This document shows, piece by piece, positions 17,901 through 25,553 of a stretch of DNA of 53,898 nt. Under the pieces are notes generated by a model that saw only the letters and a list, made by a program, of their open reading frames with translations, was not told the origin of the DNA and searched no databases. This DNA comes from a virus (lineage: Duplodnaviria; Caudoviricetes). Numbering within the stretch: position 1 is the first letter of the stretch; each line of letters starts with the position of its first letter. Location: the IMG/VR virus record IMGVR_UViG_3300012663_001055, positions 1 through 53,898 of that record; one strand, given 5' to 3'. A program made the position numbers and the translations under genes.

Positions 17901-19604
17901 AAACGCAGCATTGGCCTGAATAAATGATGCGGATACTGGACTTGAATTTGCTTTGTTGTAAGCAGCTTGAGCAGAATCTGTTGCCGCATTTGCTTGGTTG
18001 TATGCAGATACTGCAAAATTATCCAAGATTGCAATGACTGTATTCTGTGCAACGTTAACACCAAGAGCATAACTGATATTGCCTGCCGCAGTATTTGCTT
18101 GGTTGTAAGCAGACTGTGCCAAGTTATTGGCAGCATTGGCCTGATTGTATGCGTTGCCTGCAAATACACCAGTTGTATTACCTTTGTCCCATGCACCAGA
18201 TGCTGAGTTGGTTGCAGCATTTGCTCTTACATATGCAGAATTTGCCAAAGAATCTGCCGCATTAGCACGTGCATATGCGGAACTTATTAGAGAATCTGCT
18301 GAGTTCGCTTTATCGAAACCTGCTTGTGCGTATGTTAATACATTGTTTGAACCATCGTATGCATTTTGTGCAAAAGCAAATGCAGAATTTCCTTTTTGGA
18401 ATGCAGAAGAACCAACAATCAAGGCCGCATTGGCAGCACCATATGCACTAGATACATATGGTTCAATACTTAAACCTTTGACAACAACAATATCACTTAT
18501 CAAATTACCTTTGAAGTAATTTGAAATTACGTTTGCTGTTTGAAAACTTGGATGTAAACCGTCAATCAGGTTGTTTGAACTAATTGTTGGTGTGTAACCT
18601 TTAAAGAAGATGTATTCTTTTAATGTTGGTTCACGGAACAAACCAGTGTATTGGTTGTTACCATCTTTATATTTACCAACAAAACCAATGTCAATTGCAT
18701 CGGTCACGGTGTTATTGTTTGCTAATACAAGTAACGAATCACCAACTTCAACTGTGGTTGTTTGTAAAGTGGTGGATGTACCCAACACATACAAGTTACC
18801 TGTAATATTTACATCTTTGGAGAACGTTGCGTTGTTTGCAACAGTGCCACCATTTTGAACAAAATTGGCACCAACGTTTGCAGCGGTGTATGCACCAGTC
18901 ATTAGGTTTTCTAATGAACCTATTCTAGTGTTCTGTGTGGTGTTTACACCTTGTATGATTAGAACACCGTTTGCTCTTTCATATGCTGATTGAGCAGAAT
19001 CTGTTGCCGCATTTGCTTGGTTGTAACCAGATTGTGCGAGATTGTTTGCAGCATTAGCACGAGTATGTGCCGACTGTGCCAGTATGTTTGCAGAGTTTGC
19101 TTTGTTGTATGCTGACTGTGCCGAATTAACACCTGCGTTTGCAGTATCATATGCGGATACGGCAAAAGTTAATGAACCTGCCAAGTTGGCACGATTGAAT
19201 GCTGCCTGTGCAGATATGGTTGCAGCATTGGCCTGACCGAAACCTGAGGTTGCAAGGTCATTTGCTGCATTTGCTTTGTTGAAACTAGATTGTGCTAAGT
19301 TGTTTGCAGAATTGGCTTGTGCATATGCACCGTTGGCAGTTCTAAATGCAGGTTGAATCTGTGGGAATACATTGTTAGCAGCAACATATGCTGCATTAGC
19401 TATTGTATTTGCACTGATTGCAAGTTCGTAGGCTGTATTGGCCAATTGTACCAGTGTATTACCACCAATGTAAATTGGATTACCGCCAATATCACCGATG
19501 AATAACTTTCCAGATTTATAAGAGAACGCTAATTGTCCGTCACGTAATGATAACGGAGAATTATTGGCTCTGGAACGTAATTGCTGTTGTGCTGTATTTG
19601 CCAT
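14904..19604 (-). CDS. Very long fibre protein (1566 aa) with Ala/Asn-rich coiled-coil repeats and a duplicated globular knob
   Basis: N-terminal P..L.DGQLA......KLFIG fibre-attachment-like motif; many A..AY/F..AN.A repeats (7/14/28-aa period); the LANNN..TDA.DIGFV..Y....TGLFR....KEYIFF..YTP domain is present twice. Confidence 0.8.
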   Translation of the reverse strand: MANTAQQQLRSRANNSPLSLRDGQLAFSYKSGKLFIGDIGGNPIYIGGNTLVQLANTAYELAISANTIANAAYVAANNVFPQIQPAFRTANGAYAQANSANNLAQSSFNKANAANDLATSGFGQANAATISAQAAFNRANLAGSLTFAVSAYDTANAGVNSAQSAYNKANSANILAQSAHTRANAANNLAQSGYNQANAATDSAQSAYERANGVLIIQGVNTTQNTRIGSLENLMTGAYTAANVGANFVQNGGTVANNATFSKDVNITGNLYVLGTSTTLQTTTVEVGDSLLVLANNNTVTDAIDIGFVGKYKDGNNQYTGLFREPTLKEYIFFKGYTPTISSNNLIDGLHPSFQTANVISNYFKGNLISDIVVVKGLSIEPYVSSAYGAANAALIVGSSAFQKGNSAFAFAQNAYDGSNNVLTYAQAGFDKANSADSLISSAYARANAADSLANSAYVRANAATNSASGAWDKGNTTGVFAGNAYNQANAANNLAQSAYNQANTAAGNISYALGVNVAQNTVIAILDNFAVSAYNQANAATDSAQAAYNKANSSPVSASFIQANAAFEKANSANVLAQAAFNKANTGTNAIDGWVRGTSNAAYIHANAAFDFANTMSTGSANDSAARANILSGAISTQAAFNRANTAYTTSINMQAVNDSQNTSLITLFFNTAATDSLAVGAYAQANTANARAFSTVLKTGDTMTGTLTVAANAFLGSATGNVYTSHLLPAANAVGGGGYDLGSPTRRWRKLYISGNTIDLGGALIGAETGSVSLTSDTGASFSVSGTAGDTQVGSDNIFASSNTPSFNTTTGAIVSAGGAGIVGNTYIGENLIVFGNTFTGNLYVTGTSNFGNNASRWNVGYFNYMNASSITTGTVTFTGDGTTQRTASAPWSYSNASFELANTASGNTIYTQGVDVTQNTRIAAVDNFVSSAYILANATNQYAQSGYAKANAATNSAQSAYDQANATNQYATSGYARANAAINSAQAGYDQANATNQYATSGFAKANAATNSAQAGYDQANAATNSASTAYNRANLAFIQANSAFAVANASVDSVQSAYNKANSAYQSTGGTISGSVVITGNLAVYGNSTILTTSSLQINDSLIFLANNNYTTDALDIGFVAHYNDIANAHTGLFRDASEKEYIFFDNYTPEIVANNEININDASFRRANVQAQTFKGNVIATYVVANNINLLDYASAGFAKTNASFEQANVATPAYAQANAATDSAQAAYFRANGAFIKANAAFGQANNASDAAFNAQSTADAAINSAQFGFNRANGAFIQANAAFGHSNSTLTFAQAGYDQANAANNLAQSAYNTANNAPVTQAYAQANAATISAQTGFNKANSANVLAQAAFDRANTDVTNINLGINTLLGDSEGKTVPYFTVMANGRVSTVGMAVNTQLFANTGQITTNTSFGRIQVGLAPIANNVAGTYTAANLQVDQYGRVVSVSSNTAISTGLSNAIRTYNYSGTLTINVGSKRLYITNPASIVAIQFNLVTAGSTATTVAVKKNGTVVNNTTLNAGVQSVTTNPYIPITTNDYITVDILTAGTGSADLYATFTYI

Positions 19605-19825
19605 TAAAAGAATCCGCTATCTATAACCCCTGCGTCAATCGCCACAGGACCTAAAATGAAACTGTTTGTATTTGCTTGATATATAATTGGGTACCCGTCA
19701 ACAGCACCTGCGATACTTAAATCGGTTGCACTTTTTAGAGTTCTAGAACCGTATCCAATACTTGTTACAGTTGGATTGTTCTGACCAATGGTAACTTTGA
19801 CGGTTGATGGTGGATTTGTTGCCAT
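19604..19825 (-). CDS. Small hypothetical virion protein (73 aa)
   Basis: Tightly packed in the operon, TAATG-coupled to the fibre gene; ends IDSGFF. Confidence 0.65.
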   Translation of the reverse strand: MATNPPSTVKVTIGQNNPTVTSIGYGSRTLKSATDLSIAGAVDGYPIIYQANTNSFILGPVAIDAGVIDSGFF

Positions 19826-19828
19826 TTA

Positions 19829-20179
19829 TTACCTCGATATTCTTGGTGAAACATCCACGGTGCCTTCCAGAATACGAATAACAGTATTAGCTGCACCTAG
19901 AACACCAGGAAAAGAAATGGTTGTGTCGTATAGATAACGACCTGCTCTGATATTGGCAGTGTTTGTCCAGTCCAATGATAGTGTTATTATGCCGTTAATA
20001 GAATCTACGCTAGGAGTAAATACTGCAACCGTGTTGGAAGAATAATATGATTTTCTGATTTGACTTTTAACAGTTGCACCCGACAAATCATACACATCAC
20101 CATACACATCATCTAATGTGATGGATACGGAGAATGATGTGCCTTGTTCTAAGTATAAGTTTTGGTATCCTGCTGCCAT
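19829..20179 (-). CDS. Conserved T4-like virion beta-sandwich protein (possible fibre adaptor, BppU/LtfC-like)
   Basis: NLYLEQGTSF...YDLSG...SQIRKSY...GRYLYD...RILEG.V.VSP pattern typical of a small structural family in large myoviruses. Confidence 0.6.
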   Translation of the reverse strand: MAAGYQNLYLEQGTSFSVSITLDDVYGDVYDLSGATVKSQIRKSYYSSNTVAVFTPSVDSINGIITLSLDWTNTANIRAGRYLYDTTISFPGVLGAANTVIRILEGTVDVSPRISR

Positions 20180-20196
20180 GTTTTACCTTTTTTAGG

Positions 20197-20204
20197 TATT
20201 TAGT
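20197..20204 (-). promoter_or_regulatory. Putative late promoter (ACTAAATA) driving the adaptor-fibre-array operon
   Basis: AACTAAATACCT on the minus strand, 17 nt upstream of the 20179 ATG. Confidence 0.6.
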
Positions 20205-20211
20205 TGACTAA

Positions 20212-20832
20212 TTAACGTAATTCTACCCAACTATTTAACGTGGCATCAGATGATGTTACCCTATATGTTTGTCCATTAGGAATAATTATACTACCTACAC
20301 AATAGTTACCACCGCCAGAGTTGGAACCATAAGCAAACGTAAATGCTGCTCCGCCATCCACTGAAATTTGTAACGAAGCGGTAGAAACACCACCACGTGT
20401 CGCAAATATGATAAGCATAATAGGTTTGCCTGTGCTATTTGTGTATGTGGTGGAAAATGCTCTGGTTGATGTTACGTTTACATAACTTTGGTTATAACCA
20501 ATTGCATTTGTGGAACCACCAGTTGTATTGGCATAATTAACCGATTGCAATGCAATGTTGGTGTCAGTTATAAACGATGAACCATCACCCGCATTTGTTG
20601 CTCTTGCTGCTGTGCCAGAAATACTAATGTTATATGTTTTAGTATTTGCAATTTGCTGCGGTGTTATTAAACCCGTAATCTGTGTGTTGGCTACACTAAC
20701 ACCGGTGTTAGATGCTGATGTTATACGGCCTTGTTGGTCGATGGTAACAATTGGAATTGATTGTCCACCACCGTAGGTTCCAGGTGTAACTGCGGTATCT
20801 TCCAGTGTTGATGGTTTAATCTTTGTTGTCAT
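20212..20832 (-). CDS. Short tail-fibre-like protein (206 aa)
   Basis: VTPGTYG....P..TIDQQGRITSAS fibre motif; C-terminal NVTSTRA..TTYTNSTGKPI...IIP.G.TY.V...W.ELR domain seen at fibre tips. Confidence 0.7.
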   Translation of the reverse strand: MTTKIKPSTLEDTAVTPGTYGGGQSIPIVTIDQQGRITSASNTGVSVANTQITGLITPQQIANTKTYNISISGTAARATNAGDGSSFITDTNIALQSVNYANTTGGSTNAIGYNQSYVNVTSTRAFSTTYTNSTGKPIMLIIFATRGGVSTASLQISVDGGAAFTFAYGSNSGGGNYCVGSIIIPNGQTYRVTSSDATLNSWVELR

Positions 20833-23243
20833 TTAATTTGTCCTTTTAGTTCATCAACTTGGTCTTTAAGTTCTTTGATTGCTTCAATCAACAAAGGAAC
20901 CAATCTTTCATAACGAACTGTTAGGTACTTATCACTCACTGGTGCGTGTGTAACTGCTTCTGGTTGTACTGCTTGAACTTCTTGTGCGGAGACACCGACT
21001 TCTCTACCCTCACGTGAGTAAAGTCCTAATTCATTTGCAACCTCATTCAGTTCATAATAGAAACCAGAAAGTTGTGTTACTTTATCTAAGGCATTTTCAA
21101 TGTTGCCTAGTTTAATTTTCAATCTCTCATCAGAAACGTATGCAGTGATGTTACCAACTGCCTTAATTTCATTGCCTGTATGTGTTGGTGTACCCGAACC
21201 AACCCACAAGGCGTTCATTTGGTAATTGTTTCCGGTTGTCAAAGAACCAGCCTGAGATACGACACCACTAATTTTTGTACCAGCAAGACCTGTTATCCAT
21301 GCAGGGTCATTGTAAGTGCCGTTGTTATAAACACCGTTAGTTACTGTTGCAGCATTGAGTGCGAAACTTTCACTTGCACCCAATACGTTTCTAACATATG
21401 CAGTTGTTGCGAAGGCCGTATTGGATGCCGCAGTGGCAACAGTCAGTCCTTTAACTAGACCAGTAAAATCTGCACCAGACAAAGCAGCCTTACGTGCTTC
21501 AACGTTATCAATTGCCAACTGAATTGTGTTTGCAGTTCCTGGAATTGCACCAGAAGGTGCAGTGAAACTAATATTGTTTGCGTAGTATGGTGTTAGAATA
21601 TAACCATCCACTTCAATCAAAACAATATCACCTGATGAAGAAGCAGTTCCTAATGTAACAGAAACGTTTGATGTTTCTGTATATTCAGAGTTCATTTGAC
21701 GAACACCGTTTACATACACACGTAGTTGTGATGAACCTGGAATGTATGTTGGTGTGGTATATAATGTTTGACCATTATTAACTGTTGGGAACAAACGTGT
21801 TGAGTTGATGGATGTTCCAGGTGTTGCACCACCGCCACCTCCTGAACCACCAGGAGACCAATAGTATGTGCCTAGACCACCTGTGGTCAGTACATAACCT
21901 GCAACTGTTCCGGATGGTAATAGGTTTGTTAATGCTCCGCCTGCCGATGTGGCATTTGTACCACCTTGTGTAAGTGCCAAAGGTGCAGTCAATGATAGAC
22001 TTGCAAATGTTGGACTTGCATTAACTTGCAAGTTTTGTGGTGTTGCAATGTTAATTGTGTTTGAGGTTGCTGTTGCTGTTACACCCCAGTTACCTGTGAA
22101 ACGAATGACACCTGCATTAGCACTTGCAATTGTACCTGTTGTACCAACAAATGTATTTGAAGAAGTGTTTGCACGTGAGTAAGCAGGAACAACACCAGTT
22201 GCAATCGTATTTGTTAATGAGTTTGCAAGCGCACCAATACTTGTAGAAAGTGCGGTGTTAACAGATGTGATACGGTTGTTTAATGTAACTGTCGTGTCTG
22301 TTAATGTTAATACTGAGTCGTATAATGAATTTGCCGCAGCAGATGAAGCGATACGTGAACTGTCGGCCAACAATACCGAATCACTAATTAAGTTTGCAGT
22401 TAATATCTTTGAATAACTTAGTGATTGGTTGGTATTATTTACATCTCTTAGGTCCCAATATTTTGCAGTTTCATTCCAACGAATTTCTGCATTAGCACCA
22501 GAGAATCCACGGTTGACCGCATATGTACTTGTTGCACCGTATGCATTGTTTGCATTGAGTGAGAAAGAATTTGCATCGTATACTGTTTGGCCACTAATAA
22601 TAAAGTTGCCGCCAATTAATAATTGTCCGTATATTGAAGCACCATTATTAAGTGTTGTAGAACCGTCAACAATCAAAGTGTTGGTTTTAATTGAGGTACT
22701 ATATTGGTCTTGGTTGTAAATGTCACCGTCAACCTGTAAGTCTCGATGCATTGCCACGTTGGCATCAAATACGGATGATTGTAATACGGTTAATGTGTTT
22801 TGTAATTGCGTGGATTTGGTTACAATTAACGTGTTACTTACAGTAGTTGCACCTGCAACACTCAATGTACCACCAAGTACTGTATTATTTGCAACAGAAA
22901 GACCTAAACCGGATGCATTTGCTGATAATTTACCTGCAACTTGTACATCACCTGATGCAACCATACTCAAAGATGTATTTTCTAGGTAAGTTTGCCCACT
23001 AACTCTAATGTTGTTTTGAATGTAGGCAGATGAACCAATGCCTTGAACTTGTAATTGACCACCAATAATCGCAACGTTCGCAACTTGTAGACCTAGGAAA
23101 GGGTCACTTAGATACAATGTACCTGTATCTTTAACATAGTTTGCTTTACCAAGTGTGTTGTTCTCTGCCGCTAGATTATTTGTGGCAACAACCCAATCAC
23201 CAAAGGTGTTTGCATTATTTAAATAGGATACGGTATTAGCCAT
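20829..23243 (-). CDS. Tail fibre with C-terminal intramolecular chaperone (Peptidase_S74)
   Basis: SDERLK...NALDKV...GVSAQEVQAVQPEAV...VRYERLVPLLIEAIKELK; N-terminal NTFGDW...TN motif; beta-rich shaft. Confidence 0.88.
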   Translation of the reverse strand: MANTVSYLNNANTFGDWVVATNNLAAENNTLGKANYVKDTGTLYLSDPFLGLQVANVAIIGGQLQVQGIGSSAYIQNNIRVSGQTYLENTSLSMVASGDVQVAGKLSANASGLGLSVANNTVLGGTLSVAGATTVSNTLIVTKSTQLQNTLTVLQSSVFDANVAMHRDLQVDGDIYNQDQYSTSIKTNTLIVDGSTTLNNGASIYGQLLIGGNFIISGQTVYDANSFSLNANNAYGATSTYAVNRGFSGANAEIRWNETAKYWDLRDVNNTNQSLSYSKILTANLISDSVLLADSSRIASSAAANSLYDSVLTLTDTTVTLNNRITSVNTALSTSIGALANSLTNTIATGVVPAYSRANTSSNTFVGTTGTIASANAGVIRFTGNWGVTATATSNTINIATPQNLQVNASPTFASLSLTAPLALTQGGTNATSAGGALTNLLPSGTVAGYVLTTGGLGTYYWSPGGSGGGGGATPGTSINSTRLFPTVNNGQTLYTTPTYIPGSSQLRVYVNGVRQMNSEYTETSNVSVTLGTASSSGDIVLIEVDGYILTPYYANNISFTAPSGAIPGTANTIQLAIDNVEARKAALSGADFTGLVKGLTVATAASNTAFATTAYVRNVLGASESFALNAATVTNGVYNNGTYNDPAWITGLAGTKISGVVSQAGSLTTGNNYQMNALWVGSGTPTHTGNEIKAVGNITAYVSDERLKIKLGNIENALDKVTQLSGFYYELNEVANELGLYSREGREVGVSAQEVQAVQPEAVTHAPVSDKYLTVRYERLVPLLIEAIKELKDQVDELKGQIK

Positions 23244-23463
23244 TTGAATCTTTTTCCAGTAGTTTTACCAATAAATGTTTGATTTCAGTCATATCAGTTT
23301 TGATATTGTTGATTTCTTCCTTTACGGTATTTATTTCGTTTTTTTGAGTGGTAATAAGTTTTCGTTTGAAATTATATTCCTCTCGACCAGTAACATCACC
23401 ATTGATAAGAGCCATTGTTTCCGTATCACGTAAAAAATTGGTACCATCCACTTTGACCAACAT
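23236..23463 (-). CDS. Conserved small coiled-coil protein following the DUF4815/VrlC-like gene
   Basis: KVDG...L.RD..T.ALIN...Y...EI..IK.DM.EIK.LL pattern; synteny as in T4-like cyanophages. Confidence 0.7.
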   Translation of the reverse strand: MLVKVDGTNFLRDTETMALINGDVTGREEYNFKRKLITTQKNEINTVKEEINNIKTDMTEIKHLLVKLLEKDSNG

Positions 23464-23464
23464 A

Positions 23465-25123
23465 TTATAGGCCTGTTCCAGATGGTAAGGCCAATGTTCT
23501 CATGTCTTTTAAGAATGGTGAGAATGTTGGGTCGTTTGAAGTCATCACAATCTTAATCATGTATTGATAGAATTTGGTGTATGATAGACCAGTTTTTGTA
23601 CTTGTGTACGACACTTGGTTGTCTGCTGCACCACCTGAACCAGGTGCTGCCTCATATTCATAGATATCATTTCTACTGATTGAGTACTTCGAATCACCAT
23701 TGACAAAGGTCATTAGTTGCCAGTTGCCTTCTTCAATTGGTTGTATATCATCACGTGAAACAATTTTGTAATACACGTGTATGTTGGTGCCAACTGGACG
23801 ATATGCGGTAAAGAATACACGCAAGTCACCAGAGTCATTGTTTGTTCCTAGTGTGATTGGTCGTGTGATGTATCTTGTCCAACCATTACCACCTGATGCA
23901 GATGTTTCACCAGTGGCAACCACTTGTGCAGCTGAGGTGTTCGTACCAATTACACTGATTGTTGGTGTGGAGATGTATCCTGCACCCTCGGTCGTCACAT
24001 ACACACTAACAATATTACCTGAAACAACGTTAGCTGAAACGTATGCTTGTGTGCCTGTCGTACTTGTTGGTGCCGACACGGAAATATTCGGGTAAATTAA
24101 TGTGCCATTTGCACCACCCAAATAACCTTGGCCGCCTGCAACGACAGTAATATCCGTGTTGGACAATCCCAAGTTATTAATTCTGAAACGAGTTGTGTAG
24201 ATAGTTAAACCATCATCAGAAATTACTGGTGAAACTGCATCTGAAACAGTCCTTAATGTGGCATCTAATTTGAATGATGTGTTTGTTGCATAGTCCAACA
24301 CACGTTGACCTAGGTTGTCATCCAAATATATGTCTTCAGCTGAAGGTGTACCAAATTTACCAGGATTAAATCCGTAAGGACCATCTGTTGTACCTGAACC
24401 CTTTAATGTGGTTGTGTACTGATAATCAATTGTTGTACCTGGCGGTGTAAAATCTGTGGTCGCAACGTTGAACAAATCGTATGTTGCATTAGATGTTGCT
24501 GTTGCGGTGTTAACATCAACCTGTGTTCTCTCTGGTAGACCTCTTGGAACAACAAATGGTACCACAGGATTGTATGATGTGACAAATTTACATCTGTTCA
24601 TAACGAACATAAGGTCTTGTGTTTGGTCCGCAGTCCATGTGATGGAGTTTTGCGATTCAAAAATGTCACCAACGTATGGTGTAGTTACAATTTTTGTTGC
24701 TGAGGTGGGGTTAACATCTGTGTAGTTTGCTTTTGATGTTGACAACAACGCACTGTCACCTTGTTTAGCACACCACAAATTATATTCACTTGAAGAAGAA
24801 GTCAAACAGAAAGCATACAATTGATTTGGATTGATGTAAACTGGAAAATCAAACGTGAATTTGGTTGCTGTTGCTGCATTTTTATAGTGCGGAGTCTCAG
24901 ACACATTGACCTTATCCACATTTAGATATACAATTGAGTGGTCTAGGGACGTGCCAGTAGGATATCCATTAATAGTTGGTAGAATATACAACTGAATAGG
25001 AATATTTGTAGTTGGTTTTGTTCTAAAAAACAAACTAATGGAGCTTAGAAAAACTCCGTTTGGAAAGTTAGCGCCATCAATAATAAATGACTGTGCTAAA
25101 GGATCAATAATTGTGCTTGCCAT
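23465..25123 (-). CDS. C-terminal half of a DUF4815/VrlC-like large structural protein
   Basis: Begins MASTIIDPLAQSF..GVFLSSI.LFF; FESQNSITWT..Q..DL.F, SPVI, YITRPITL; own RBS (AAGGAAG). Confidence 0.8.
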   Translation of the reverse strand: MASTIIDPLAQSFIIDGANFPNGVFLSSISLFFRTKPTTNIPIQLYILPTINGYPTGTSLDHSIVYLNVDKVNVSETPHYKNAATATKFTFDFPVYINPNQLYAFCLTSSSSEYNLWCAKQGDSALLSTSKANYTDVNPTSATKIVTTPYVGDIFESQNSITWTADQTQDLMFVMNRCKFVTSYNPVVPFVVPRGLPERTQVDVNTATATSNATYDLFNVATTDFTPPGTTIDYQYTTTLKGSGTTDGPYGFNPGKFGTPSAEDIYLDDNLGQRVLDYATNTSFKLDATLRTVSDAVSPVISDDGLTIYTTRFRINNLGLSNTDITVVAGGQGYLGGANGTLIYPNISVSAPTSTTGTQAYVSANVVSGNIVSVYVTTEGAGYISTPTISVIGTNTSAAQVVATGETSASGGNGWTRYITRPITLGTNNDSGDLRVFFTAYRPVGTNIHVYYKIVSRDDIQPIEEGNWQLMTFVNGDSKYSISRNDIYEYEAAPGSGGAADNQVSYTSTKTGLSYTKFYQYMIKIVMTSNDPTFSPFLKDMRTLALPSGTGL

Positions 25124-25132
25124 TTTCTTCCT

Positions 25133-25552
25133 TTATATGTTATATTCTTTTTCAAGAACGCTTAACATATTATTTATCAACTGTTTTGCATCTTCGGTTT
25201 TGTTATCAGACAATGCAGAAACAACGTTTCTTATGTGAATGTAATTAATTCTACTGAAAATTGAATGTTGTTCGTAGTATGGTTTGTCCATCAAACCCAT
25301 TTCTTCTATCAACCGTTCACCTCGTACATAATATTCCACATTTTCTTCATCAGGTAAATTGTTTCGCATGTCTCTTAACATCTTCACTTCATTTGGTGTA
25401 TACTCACCAATTCTATCGTGTATGATACTATAAACGAAACAATTTTCCTTACGACTTAACAATGTGGTTACACAATGTTCTTCGGTACCATGTTCTGCAC
25501 AGTGAGAACAAGCCTCTTTCTGTGCAAAATATTCAGCTACACTTATACCCAT
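25133..25552 (-). CDS. 139-aa protein with an N-terminal Cys/His cluster and a CFI-box-CTERM-like helical domain
   Basis: ATG at 25552, one base after the upstream stop; CSHCAEH..EHC, then NCFVYSII...EVKMLRDMRNNL.....EYYVRGERLI. Confidence 0.65.
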   Translation of the reverse strand: MGISVAEYFAQKEACSHCAEHGTEEHCVTTLLSRKENCFVYSIIHDRIGEYTPNEVKMLRDMRNNLPDEENVEYYVRGERLIEEMGLMDKPYYEQHSIFSRINYIHIRNVVSALSDNKTEDAKQLINNMLSVLEKEYNI

Positions 25553-25553
25553 A

